A stretch of 64,000 bases of DNA, taken from positions 121,150,001 through 121,214,000 of the forward strand of contig CM059431.1 of the NCBI GenBank assembly GCA_030390025.1. Reading direction: 5' to 3'. The position numbers and the translations under genes were made by a program. Below, piece after piece: positions 35,454 to 47,794 of the stretch (its first letter is position 1; each line of letters starts with the position of its first letter). The stretch is from Squalus acanthias. Lineage: Eukaryota. Below the pieces are notes generated by a model. That model searched no databases and was not told where the DNA came from. It was given only the letters and a program-made list of their open reading frames with translations.

Positions 35454-37789
35454 CTGTTTCTCCCTCCACGGATGCTGCCTGGCCTGCTGAGTGTTTCCAG
35501 CATTTTCTGTTTCTGAGCCAATTATTGGCTCGTTTAGAAGCCCTTAACAGTGATATTTTACTCTTTTACTCTCCTTTTAACTTTACCAGGTTGCCCATTG
35601 ATTTGACACTGCTCCTGGACCCCATCTGTTCATCACAGGTGGATGTTTAGTGGCCATTGAAGCAGATGATTGCTGAGAGCGTTAAAACTTGTATAAAACC
35701 TCACAATTTACACCTGCACACATTCCAAACCCAGAGACTCTTTGGTTTCTCACCTTGGAAGACAGATTGTGCTTTATGCAGGCTACAAGTCTTCGGAACA
35801 AACTCTCCAGCCAGGCTCACTTCATTGCAGCAATCTCTCTCAGATTTTAACAGAGTGCTTCTGTCATCTCACCTTCAACTGGTATCTACTCCATCAGGAT
35901 GGGAACCATTTACACTCTGTCACCTTGGCCCTCAGAATCTGACCACGATGATCACCAACATCAGCAGCACCAGGCACACCAGCAGCACCAACAACAACAC
36001 CAACCTTCTCTGCAATCAACTGGTGCTGCACAGGACACAGGGCATCAGCACCCGAACACATTGCTGCCCGGGACGCCAGGGATGGCCTCACCATGGCCAG
36101 ATTTACTTCACTTGACGCTGTACACCCTGGCTGCCACGTGATGCGCCAGGTTGGCACCAACCCACACCAGCACCATAAAGCATCCTTACAATGTCCAAGC
36201 CATTCCTTTCACACTCACCACCATTGCGGGGGGGTACCGTTATGTCTCACCATTCACTGCAACTCACTAAGCCACTTCCAAAGGTGCACACAAATCTGTC
36301 GAAAAATGCAAAGTGTTGAAAATAAAGGTTTCAATGTTTGACACTACATTAACAGAAACTTTACATGAACATTGCATAAAATACCCAAGTGCCTACCCTT
36401 GTGTGTTGTTAGTTGGTATGATTGGGCTAGGATGAGGGTGAGTATGAGAGGTGGCTAGTGAGATGGGGATGTAATAATGTAGATAGAGAGGGATGGTTGG
36501 AGGTGCAAGGTAAGTTGGTGTGAGTAAGGATGTGCAGGAGTAGGGTAGGGAAGGCAGAGTGATGGGGATGTAATGAGTGGCACAGCAGGATGAGGTTGAG
36601 TGTGGCTTTGCAATAAGGTTTCATGATCTACTGAGATCATTGAAAGGTTTGCGCCACTGCAGCCTGGTCCTCCTGATGACATCTCTGCTTGTGTCCTCCT
36701 CTGCAATGTGCAACCAGGCTGTGTTGGTCTCCTGGGGAGGTTTCTTTCGCCCACTGGAAGGGAAGAGAACCACCCCGCGTGCTATGACTCCCTCCGTAAG
36801 CATATGGAGGGAGTCATGGGAGAGCCTGGGTGCAGCCCTGCACCTCTGTGCAGCTTGTCAGTGTTTGCAGCACCTCAATGCTGTAGAATACTGACAGCAC
36901 AACTGTCAAAATCAATTTGCGCATGGTCCCTTTAAGGAAACAGGCTGATGACGCATCATCGAATTATGTCATCAGACCCACTTCCTTCAATTGGCGGGCA
37001 AACATGCTGTGCGGGCTTAACAAGCCCAATCAGGGGAAAATCATTTTGGACAGTGGGCTGGAGTCAGCAGCGATGCTGGGACCCGCTACTGATGTCACGT
37101 GCCACGGACCCGCCGAGGTAGGGGAAATTGCGGCCAAAATGTCTGTGGGACAGCGTTGTGTCCTAGTTTCTCATGCTGCTTTTCCAGGATTCAGTGTTCA
37201 CCTTTCAGATTTCCCAAAATGCTACAATGTGGCTCAAGAGCCTATTTCTATGATTAAATATTAAGGTATAAACATTTAAGAAGATGGATGAAGGGCTGTA
37301 TGATACAACTTTTTGCCCATTTCAAAACTGACAAAACAAGAAAAAGAATCAAGATTTTTTGAGAAGAATGTTAGTGTTTTACAACTTTACAGATGATGTC
37401 AGAGTGAATGAATTTTATGCTAGCTGTTCAGAATAAAACATCAGATACGAGACTGTTAGAAAACGTGAAGTGATTCAGCTCATTGTGCTTGGCCGATGCA
37501 CAGGCCATGTACAATCTACCCTAACACTGGATACTACTTGAGCATTTAAACTCCTAAGAGAATTTCTGTTGTCAGTTTGCCCTCATGTAAAAGCTAGACC
37601 ATGAAGCTGCACAACATCCACCCATCCCACACTTCAACGATACAATTTGGCCTGGTTCCTTCCATAGATCGAACCCTCATCCCAGCACAGCACACAAGAC
37701 GTTGCTGCTCATGAAGAGGATTTTGTCATCTCCATCTATATTTATCACCGCACATATTCTTAACCAGATATTTATGCAGTTAAGCTAAT

Positions 37790-38484
37790 AGTTCCGGAGC
37801 AATTCGCTTAATATTCGGGCAAACCAACGCAAAAGTTCGAGGAGTTTCAAGTGCAAGTTACGTTCAGCGCAAATTGAATTTCCGTAATCTTTTGCACTAG
37901 TTTAAAAAACAAAACTGGCCAGACCTCCCAGATCGAATTAATCACCATGGCGAGTTTCCACTAATTGCGGCCGTTTTAGGGCCTTCGAAGAGGTTCTTAA
38001 AATTAAGCTTTTTTTTTAGACGCAAGGAGACTAATAGGCACCCTTTCAAAGCTTTTAAAATTTATTCAATTTACTGAGAAACTGACTACTGTACACCAAT
38101 GAAACTAATAAATTGTTCTGTATAGTTTTTTAAAGTAATTTCAGTTATTTAAAATTGGGTTACTCACAGGTGGTCGACTAGACATTCTGATTAAAAATGC
38201 TTATTTTTTGTGAAAAACCCATTTTCTGCTGTATTTATAAAACTGCACCAGGTTACCACTCCTAAATATATCAAGGAATATTCTTCAAAGCAAATTTTTT
38301 TTAAATAATGACGTTCTGATATGCTGTCCGATTGTGCTGGTTCATGGAAGATTTTACGTTCGGCGATATGCAAATGAGTTTGAGTGGAAACCTGAGCAAA
38401 AAATTAAATTCAGAAAACTAGAGCAATTTTGAGTGCAATTTGTGCCCGGATCGCCGATTGTGCTCAAAGTGGAAACTCTACCCC
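37790..38484. mobile_element. Probable MITE relic with AT-rich core
   Basis: Related inverted subterminal blocks (gagcaattcgcttaatattcgggcaaa versus tttgtgcccggatcgccgattgtgctc) and a right terminus AAACTCTACCCC. Confidence 0.45.
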
Positions 38485-38863
38485 ATATGGTATATTTCAA
38501 AAACATACCTTGTTGGTTGTGGCCTAACAATCGCCACGCATGAAAGCCTGGTTTTCCTGAGGGCAACCGACGCTGGCAAGTGGTGTACATCTGGCTCGTA
38601 TTGAGCGTGTGATTCCTGCCCGCCATATTGGAAGCTTAGGAGGTGGTTTAGCGTCCGAAAAGCACATGCAGCCTGGTAGAATTTCTAGTGCAGAGTTGTA
38701 TATCCAAGGTGGCAGTTGATACTAAGTTAGGAGACACAGAGAATCTATTTCCTCTGGTGGTGAAATCCAGAACAAGAGGGCATAATCTTAAAATTAGAAG
38801 GAGGCCATTTAAGGGTGAAATCATGATGCACTTTTTTCATACAAAGGTTTGTGAAAATTTGGA

Positions 38864-41281
38864 ACTCTGGGTGGGGAACTTCAATGCCCATCACCAAGAG
38901 TGGCTCGGTAGCACCACTACTGACCGAACTGGCCAAGTACTGAAGGACATAGCTGTCAGACTGGGCCTGGGGTAGGTGGTGAGAGAACCAGCATGAGGGA
39001 AAAATCAACTTGACCTCGTCCTCACCAATCTACCATGATAGTGTTAGTGGTAGTCACCACCGCACAGTCCTTGTGGAGACGAAGTCCGTCTTCACACTGA
39101 GGACACCCTCCATCATGTTGTGTGATACTACCACCGTGCTAAATGGGATAGATTCAGGACAGATCTAGCAGCTCAAATCTGGGCATCCATGAGGTACTGT
39201 GGGCCATCAGCAGCAGCAGAATTGCATTCCACCATGTAACCTCATGGCCCGGCATATTCCTCACTCTACAGTAGCCATCAAGCCAGGAGACCAAGCCTGG
39301 TTCAATGCCGAGTGTAGAAAAGCATGCCAGGAGCAGCACCAGGCGTACCTAAAAATACGTGGCAACCTGGTGAAGCTACAACACAGGACTACATACATGC
39401 TAAACAGCGGAAGCAGCATGCTATAGACAGAGCGAAGCGATCCCACAACCAGCGGATCACATCAAAGCTTTGAAGTCCTATCACATCCAGTCGTGAATGG
39501 TGGTGGACTACTAAATAACTACCGGTAGGAGGAGGCTCCATGAACAACCCCCGATCCTCAATGATAGCGGAGCCCAGCACATGAGTGCGAAAGACAAGGC
39601 TGAAGCATTTGCAACCATCTTCAGCCAGAAATGCCTAGTGGATGATCCATCTCGGACTCTTCCTGAGGTCCTCATCATCACAGAAGCCAGTCTTCAGCCA
39701 AGTCGATTCACTCCACGTGATATAAAGAAACAGCAGAGCACACTGGACATAGCAAAGGCTTTGGGCCCCGACAACATCCCGGCTGTAGTGCTGAAGACTT
39801 GTGCTCCAGAACTAGCCGTGCTTCTAGCTAAGCTGTTCCAGTACAGCTATAAAATTGGCATCTACCTGGAAAAGTGGAAAATTGTCCAGGTATGTCTTGT
39901 CCACAAAAAGCAGGACAAATCCAATCCAGCCAATTACCGAATTACCGCCCCATCAGTCTGCTCTCAATCAACAGCAAAGTGATGGAAGGTGTCGTCAACA
40001 GTGCTATCAAGCGACACTTACTCACCAATAAACTGTTCACCGATGCTTATTACAGCCTTTGTTCCAAACATGGACAAAAGAGCTGAATTCCAGAGGTGAG
40101 GTGAGAGTGACTGCCCTTGACATCAAGGCAACATTTTCCTGAGTGTGGCATCAAGGAGCCCTAGTAAAATTGAAGTCAAAGGGAATCGGGGGGAAAACTC
40201 TCCAGTGGCTGGTGTCGTACCTAGCACAAAGGAAGATGGTTGTGTTTGTTGGAAGCCAATCATCTCAGCCCCAGGACATCGCTGCAGTAGTTCCTCAGGG
40301 CAGTGTCCTAGGCTCAACCATCTTCAGCTGCTTCATCAATGACCTTCCCTACAACATAAGTCAGAATGGGGATGTTGTTGATGATTGCACTGTGTTCAGT
40401 TGCATTCACAATGCCTCATATAATGAAGCACTCCATGTCCGCATGCAGCAACACCTGAAAAACATTCAGCTTGTGCTGATAAGTGGCAAGTAATGTTCTT
40501 GCCACACAAGTGCTAAGCAATAACCATCTCCAACAAGAGAAAGTCTAACCACCTCCCCTTGACATTCAACGGCATTACCATCGCTGAATGCCCCACCATT
40601 AACATCCTGGGGGGTCACCATTGACCAGAAATCCAACTGGATCAGCCACATAAATACAGTAGCTGCAAGAGCAGGTCAGAGGCTGGGTATTCTGTGGTGA
40701 GTGTCTCATCTCCTGACTCCCCAAAGCCTTTCCACCATCTACAAGGCACAAGTCAGGAGTGTGATGGAATACTCTCCACTTGCCTGGATGAGTGTAGTTC
40801 CAACAACACTCAAGAAGCTCGACACCATCCAGGACAAAGCAGCCCACTTGATTGGCACCCCATCCATCACCTTAAACATTCACTCCCTCCACCACCAGCG
40901 CACTGTGGCTGCAATGTGTACCATCTACAAGATGCACTGCAGCAATTCGCCAAGGCTTCTTCAACAGCACCTCCAAAACCCATGACTTCTACCACCTAGA
41001 AGGACAAGGGCAGCAGGCGCATGGGAACACCACCACCTCCAAGTTCTCCTCCAAGTCACACACCATCCTGACTTGGAAATATATTGCCGTTCCTTCATCA
41101 TCGCTGGGTCAAAATCCTGGAACTCCCTAGCTAACAGCACTGTGGGAGTACCTTCACCACACGACTGCAGCGGTTCAAGAAGGTGGCTCACCACCACCTT
41201 CTCTAGGGCAATTAGGGATGGGCAATAAATGCTGGCCTTGCCAGCGACGACCACATCCCATGAATGAATAAATTTAAAAAA
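38864..41281 (+). mobile_element. L2/Crack-like (CR1-group) LINE, endonuclease to 3' end, degenerate, inserted in a CR1 3' fragment
   Basis: Endonuclease [42 protein letters not shown]; then YKAQVRSVMEYSPLAW. The 3' end is gggcaataaatgctggcc..atgaatgaataaa. Host CR1 sequence at 38720-38865 resumes at 41281-41478. Confidence 0.88.
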
Positions 41282-42633
41282 TTCTCGCCCCCAAAGTGCT
41301 GTGGGAGCTGGATCAATCGAAATTTTTGTGACTGAGATCGATAGATTTTTGTTAGGTAAGGGTTTTAAAGGATATGGAACAAAGGCGGGTAAATGTGGTT
41401 GAGGCACAGATCAGCCATGTTCAAATTGATTGGCGGATCAGGCTTGTGGGGCTGAATAGCCTACTTCTGTTCCCATGAAGGGAGGAAAAAAGAGACAATT
41501 CCTGTAATAATCAGAACTTAAAGCTTGAAAGAGTGTTTGTTGTGCCTGGTGTCAGGTGGGGATGGTTATCACAGGTAATGGGATTGTTTTCAACTTTCTG
41601 CAAATGGCTGAGTTAGATTTAGTAAAATTGTATGCCAATTCTGGCGATTGAGAAAATGTTCACATGAAAAGCTAATTCTGCTGAGGTATCAGTTAGACCT
41701 GAGGTATGAAGACATGAAAAAAAATCCATATTTCTGGACCCACTCAGAATTGCAATTGGGTTGGTATATGCGTGCAGTGTCTTGCAGTGAATGAGTTAAA
41801 CTGCAGTTACATTACAATAAGGCAAGCTTGGAATCTGTGTCACAGGAGAGAGAGCAATGTGGTTACCATATGCCAGGAAATCATTCCTTGTGATCTTATT
41901 TTGTAAACGTCTGAATTATATTTAACTGAGTAGGTTGGTTAAAGGTCTATTATTAGCAAATGAAAGATTTTTATTTTGTTTGTTTTCAGAAACAAATGTT
42001 TCTCACAGGCCAACGGGAATATTATTTTCCTTAGTGTTATCTTTGCACAATATGAACAAAGAAAAGATTTAACAAGCATAAAGGACAAAACTCTGACTTA
42101 TATAATCTGGTTCTTATGTAAATATCTGTTAGAATTTAATGCTAAGCTTAAGATTCATTTTTTTTGACCATTTTCCTTTTTAACCTTCCTCTTTGAATTA
42201 TGTAATAGTGAGTTACGAAAGCACTTGTACCTGAATGTCAAGCAATATCAGTATGACTGTAAATTGCATTTTTATAATGTGCATAATTGTCCATTGAGAA
42301 GAAATTGAATTAAATTGTCTTTTCTCAAGAGTCGTGCAAATAATAGCAATGCAGATGGTGATCTGTAAGCAATGTTTCTCGAGGTACCTGTCCCGTCTGT
42401 ATCAGGCCTGGATCACAATCTGCGATCACAAGGGCATGGAATTAATCTCGGAGTTGCACAGTAGCCGTGGAACATTTCCAAGCTTATCTTCCACCACTTC
42501 TCACAAATTCTCGATTGATGCAATTTTCCAGGAATTCACAGTCCAGGTACATCGAGAGCCAATTGAGTGAGTTAAATGTAGCAAACTGAGGGATTCTCCA
42601 GGACACTGATCCATTGCTCCTTTAAATAACTTT

Positions 42634-43402
42634 GGCCCGTATTTTCCGATTGGAGGCTTCCTGCGTGCGGAGGCCTCCGATCTGGAAAAAATCTACGCCC
42701 TTACCTGAGGGCTCCGGAGGTCCGGACATTCCCGCTCCTGGGCCTCTCCACTACGAAATGCGCAGGGCCCAGGTATCCCAGGGGCGCAGGCCATTCGCAA
42801 GTGTCTCTGGGATCACGTGGGCCATGGGGAACCAATGAAAGAAGGGAATCCCCCTTCATACTTTTGACAGGTCTCTCAGCTTAGACCCGTCAAAAGTATG
42901 AATGGGGATCACTCAAAAAACACATCAAAACATTAAATACATTTTTTTTTAAATCACGTTTTTAAAATTAGTTAAAATTACATTTAATTAAATGTTTTAC
43001 ACACAAATTTCAATTTTTGAAAAAAAAATTGAAGTTTATTACAGGGTTAAAAATAAACTTACCTTTATTAAAGTATTTTTAAATTATAAATGAGTGAAAA
43101 AATATATATTTTTTAACTTTTTTAAACTCTAATGCTGGTAAAAGCAGGCCTTACGCACGCTTTTACCAGGCGTAAGATTTTTAAAGGTTTTCAGCGGGCG
43201 GAGGTTGTGCAGAAAGCGGAACTCTCCACCCGCAGAGGCCCTTCTCCAGAGCAGGCGCAGGATCTGTCAAGAAGATTCTTGACAGATTGGAAGTGCTGGT
43301 TTTCAGCGCATGCGCTTCGCATGCCTAAAACCGACACTTGCGAGGCCCCTACGGGTGTGTACACAGCTCGTACACACCCGTGGGGGTCGGAAAATACGGG
43401 CC
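42634..43402. mobile_element. MITE with GGCC termini (Harbinger-type)
   Basis: Perfect TIR GGCCCGTATTTTCCGA / TCGGAAAATACGGGCC around an AT-rich core. Related to 44209-44925 and 46407-47158. Confidence 0.85.
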
Positions 43403-44208
43403 AAAGTCTTTCACTGCACCTGCTGTACATTTCTGGTTGTCATTATGTTGGAATGTGTGCTGTCCTCCAAACAGCTTGTTTGCACATGCCCTTGTGTTAA
43501 AGATGTGTCTATCAATGTTACAAATGAAAAGGATGTTTCCCAGTATCTGAAGTTGTGCAAACAAGGGTGTGAAATTTGTTCATGAACTTTGTTCACTGCA
43601 CTCTCCATTCAGATGAATATCATAATAGGCATCAATGTTTAGGAGACCACGCTCTTTGAGACAGCAACTATTGACTTCACTCAGTTTGCAGTCCATTACT
43701 GTCTTTATCACTGAAAGTCTTTTCAGCAGAGCGGCCCAATTTATGAGTTTTGGAATGTCACCACAGACATCAGAAGCCTTTAAATTTTAACCGTGTGATG
43801 AGCCAGCATTCCCCAGGGTGCAATAGGCTGCAGATAGCACGAGCCCTCATGTAACAATATGGGCGCCACTTCAGAAAACCCTGAAGATTTTAAATTGCAA
43901 GTAGTATGTGATCAGCAGCAGAAGATATTGGATATACCCGCTAAATTATTGGAAGCAGCCGTAACACCTTAATCCCAAAGAATTACAGCCTCCCTACTCT
44001 TTTCCAGGAAGGAGGAGAAGGGTGCACCTCGCTCCGTGGCATATGACTTCTGTGTAGATCCTCTCCACAGCTGTAAAGAAAAGAGATAATGAGGCCCATG
44101 TAAGGTCTCCTATCATTAAGAAGCACACCACTGACATTCTAAAGTGGCGCTCCCACTGTAGCCATCAATCAGGAGAAGCTTTGCAGTACAAACCTGGCAG
44201 GATGTATT

Positions 44209-44925
44209 GGGCCAAAAATTCATCCCGCTGCGTATTCTCTCTCCAATTGCCGGTTTTCTGCATGCCCTGCGCATGCGCTGAAAACCGGCACTTGGTCTTT
44301 GGAAAAGGGGGCGGTTCCTCGGTGCATCGCGTGCGCGCTACAGGCTGCGCGCACGCTGTGCACTTCGTGCTTTGGACGCGCAGGTAAGGACGGAAGATTT
44401 TAGAAATGGAAAAAGGAGGAGTAAGACCCACTTTTAACAAGGTAAGTAGTGAATTAAGTATTTTTTTGAATTTTTTTTAACAGGTATATCTTTTTTAGAG
44501 ACTTTAGAGACAGGTAAGTTTATTTTTATAACTTTTTAAAAGATTTTAAATTTTTTCAAAAATTTTATTTTTTATTTAAAATGGTTAATTTATTTTAACT
44601 ATACTTATTTTATTAATGTGATGGTTTTTTTTTAAATTTATTTGAGGTTTAGCTGTTATTTTGGGGGGGTGTAAGATTCATAGCTTTCACAGCACGTATG
44701 TGAAACTTATGAATGGAAGATGGTGTGCTGCCATTGGCTCTAACTGAGTCACGTGATCCCACAGCTCGCACAAATTCACTACGCCGGTGGGATACGCAAG
44801 CACTGCCCAGCTGATGTCTGGAACATCAAGTTCGTGCGAGCTGGATCTGAAAAAGCCAACGCGGAGTGAGAGATCGCGCCTGCTCCTTACCCCCGCGGGA
44901 ACAGAGCGAGATCAATTTCTGGGCC
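44209..44925 (-). mobile_element. MITE with GGCC termini
   Basis: Termini GGGCCAAAAATT / AATTTCTGGGCC with TSD ATT. Opposite orientation to 46407-47158. Confidence 0.82.
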
Positions 44926-46406
44926 ATTATGTTGATGCGCCATGCTGAGTGCTGCATAATTTTTGCTCTGCAGAAGTGGAAATCCCTGAAGATGACAATA
45001 GCCAGGAGTCGGACACAGCATCCATCGGAGCAGCAGCTGAAGGACAACATTTAAAGCTGGAGTGAGGCAAATTTGCCAGCAACTGATAAATGCATTCTCC
45101 AATCAATAAGTGAAGAACTATCCCTCTCTTGCGCCTTTACACTCACCTCAACAACTTAGTTAATCCAACACCTTCCTCTTACATGGAAAAGTCTTGTCCA
45201 ACCAGTCCTGCTTATTTCTCTTTATCACTCTTTTCTAACTGAAAGCCTCCAATAACAATAAAACACAAAATCAAAACAATTAACAGTCATCATTTCAAAC
45301 ACTGGACTTTGTATCCACTTTAGTTATTAATGCACAGCTATTATTTTACATGCAGTATTTTACCGACTCTTCCTTTTGGTGCCGCTCTGTGCTGTCCCTA
45401 AACCTGTTCTCTTGTTCTGTCTAGGTGCTAAGGGCTACTGTTGCCAGAGGTGCTTGGCTGCGCTGTGATTGCATGAGGTGGCTTCTGACTCCTAAGAGAA
45501 CCCTGCAACAGGGAGTGTCGCTACTATGGGTGCATGGGTAGCTTGGCCCTGCCTCATGTTACCTGCACGAGCTGGTATCTAAGAGGACTGACTGGAAGCT
45601 CACATGTTCTGTCAGGAGTGAGGAGAACATCATGAGGCCACGTCACTGGTGCTGGTTCCTGGATCTGTGTCACCACTGATCAGCAGGAAGGAAGATTTAA
45701 CAGCACCAGTAAAATCCTGCAGATCCTGAGAGATGGTGCTCCTAAGCTCTCAGAAACAGCTCTGTGCACAATCCACGAAGACATGAAGACTGTGTTGGAG
45801 AAACTGACTCGTTTGATGGCCTCTCTCTGTGTAGCGGGGTGAGGGGCAGTGGATGCAGATGTTCCTGGTACTGCAAATTGCTCTAGGCGGTACTTCATTG
45901 TTTCAAACCCATTTTGAATATTAGCACAAATCTTAACATTGGACTCCACTGTTTAAAGCAGGGTCCGCTGATATCTAAGCTAGGGGCTGACTTCTGTGGA
46001 ACCTCTGCTCCCCACTGTCAGACTCCACCTTCAACTCTGACTCCTCCAGCTTCCTCAAGTTCTGTGTTTTACCCATGAGAAACCTTCATCAGTAGTGTCT
46101 ATACCACACACCATATGAGCTTCTCCATAATTTCCTTCCTCTTCAAATAAGGCAAATAGTGGGTGCATGAACAGATACAATTCTGTGGATAGAGAGCTTA
46201 AAATTAAACTATAAAGAGGATTCCTTGAGATTCCTCCATTTTTGTCTCATTACGCCCCTGTAAAGCACCTTGGGACATTTTACTACTTTAAAAGTGCAAT
46301 GTAAATTCCAGTTATTGTTGCATTAATGACAAAAAAGCTGTCTTGATTATAACACTGGTAGCTTTAATATATTCAGTTATAACAAACCAGCTAAAGTTAA
46401 CATAAT

Positions 46407-47158
46407 GGCCCAGAAATTGGACTTCGATGGTTGCCGCGGGGGTAAGGATACCGCACTCCACGCCTGCCTTTATGGTTTTGGCCCACACGAACTTCAGTTC
46501 CTGGGCCTCTCCCTGGTGCCGGCGCGAAGTGTGTGCGTGTCCCAGAGGCACAGTTAGTTTGATGCGACCTCTGGGATCACGTGAGCCAGTTAGAGCCAAT
46601 GGCAGCACACCATCTTTCATTCATAGTTTTGACAGGAAGAGCTGTCAAAGCTATGAATGCAAATTGCCCCCAAAAGAACAGCTAAACCTCAATTAAATTT
46701 TAAAAAACCATCACATTAATAAAATAACTATAGTTAAATAAATTAACCACTTTAAACAAAAATTTAAATTTTTGAAAATATTTAAATTCTTTTTAAAAGT
46801 TATAAAAATAAACTTACCTTTCTTTAAAGTCTCTAAAAAAGATAAACCTGTTGAAAAATATTTTAAATAATACTTAATTAACTACTTACCTTGTTAAAAG
46901 GGGGTCTTACGCCTGCTTTTTTCATGTGTAAAATCTTCAACACTTACCTTCGCGTTCAAACCTGAAAAAAAACTAAGTGTGCTGCGTGCGCACAGCCTCT
47001 AGTGCGCACGCGGTTCACCTAGGAACCGCCCCCTTCGCAATATCGGAAGTGCCGGTTTCCCGCGCATGCGCAGTGCATGCAGGAAACCGGCACTTCGGGA
47101 CCGAATATGGGTGAGTACACAATGCGTACTCTCCCATATTCGGACGAATTTCTGGGCC
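46407..47158 (+). mobile_element. MITE with GGCC termini
   Basis: Perfect TIR GGCCCAGAAATT / AATTTCTGGGCC with TSD AAT. Confidence 0.88.
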
Positions 47159-47794
47159 AATCTGCTTACTATGGCTGAATTGGTGTTTTAGTTCACTAAC
47201 GTTAATCACTTACCATTGCATTAAACCCATGTCTGAATACGTGGTTTGGCAATAGTACAATAATCCTAAAATTACCCTTATCTTCCAAAGTGTCATTTTC
47301 CATTTTGAGATATTTGAGTACCACAAGCACAACCTGAATGTGCTGAGAGGGAGCTTGTTTCTGCCTGTTTTTTGCCAAATTCCAGAATTGCCCCGATGCA
47401 CCTCTTTGTTGGTCTGAAAATTCATTGTTGGATTGAATATTGGGTGCACCATTGTGTAATCAAACTACTAACTTTGTTATAACGAGTTTCAGTTCTATCT
47501 GAATTTTAGCAGCTTGAAAGTGGTTCGTACTCAGTGCAGTGCACTGCACCAAGCCTAGACTTGTTGCAAAAGAATATTTGAAGAGACCTCTGGAGTAATT
47601 ATTGCTAAAGGCTCACAGATTAACTTTTGCACTAGAACAAGTTAGACTGGATTTTAATTTCAACGTTTTCAGATGTGATGTTGGTTTGTTCCTGTCACTG
47701 CTTACATGTATTTGCACTCCATGTTAGGCTGTTTACTTATGAGGATTAAGTTAGCATGGCAAGGCCCTTGTCCCAGATTCTTGTTTGTCCAGAA

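Larger units (their letters stand above)
31441..35511 (-). mobile_element. Penelope-like element (RT plus GIY-YIG), degenerate, with inverted 5' portion; interrupted by a solo LTR
   Basis: GIY-YIG C-terminus (GDRFVKHL..CHFNS..HLIFRLGTLQLSGLKIKF), SSFFLNRGFPS, and RT pieces LFTMEVQSLYTSIPH, QIKGVAMG, YLLPKIHK. 35006-35511 is an inverted RT plus pseudo-LTR segment. Confidence 0.9.
31251..37135 (+). mobile_element. Non-autonomous Harbinger derivative (family B, ~1.8 kb), split by a Penelope insertion
   Basis: Segments 31251-31440 and 35512-37135 are colinear with the reverse complement of 60489-62254. Holds a transposase N-terminus fused to its C-terminus, and a Myb exon-1 relic on the minus strand (36621-36850: AWLHIAEE..WRKPFNDLSRS). 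Confidence 0.8.

Noticed and set aside
42629..43407. 21-bp TIR without TSD, suggesting a new superfamily
   Set aside because: Sister MITEs have 12-bp GGCC TIRs with 3-bp TSDs. The extra ACTTT/AAAGT symmetry is more simply a palindromic target or a mutated TSD.
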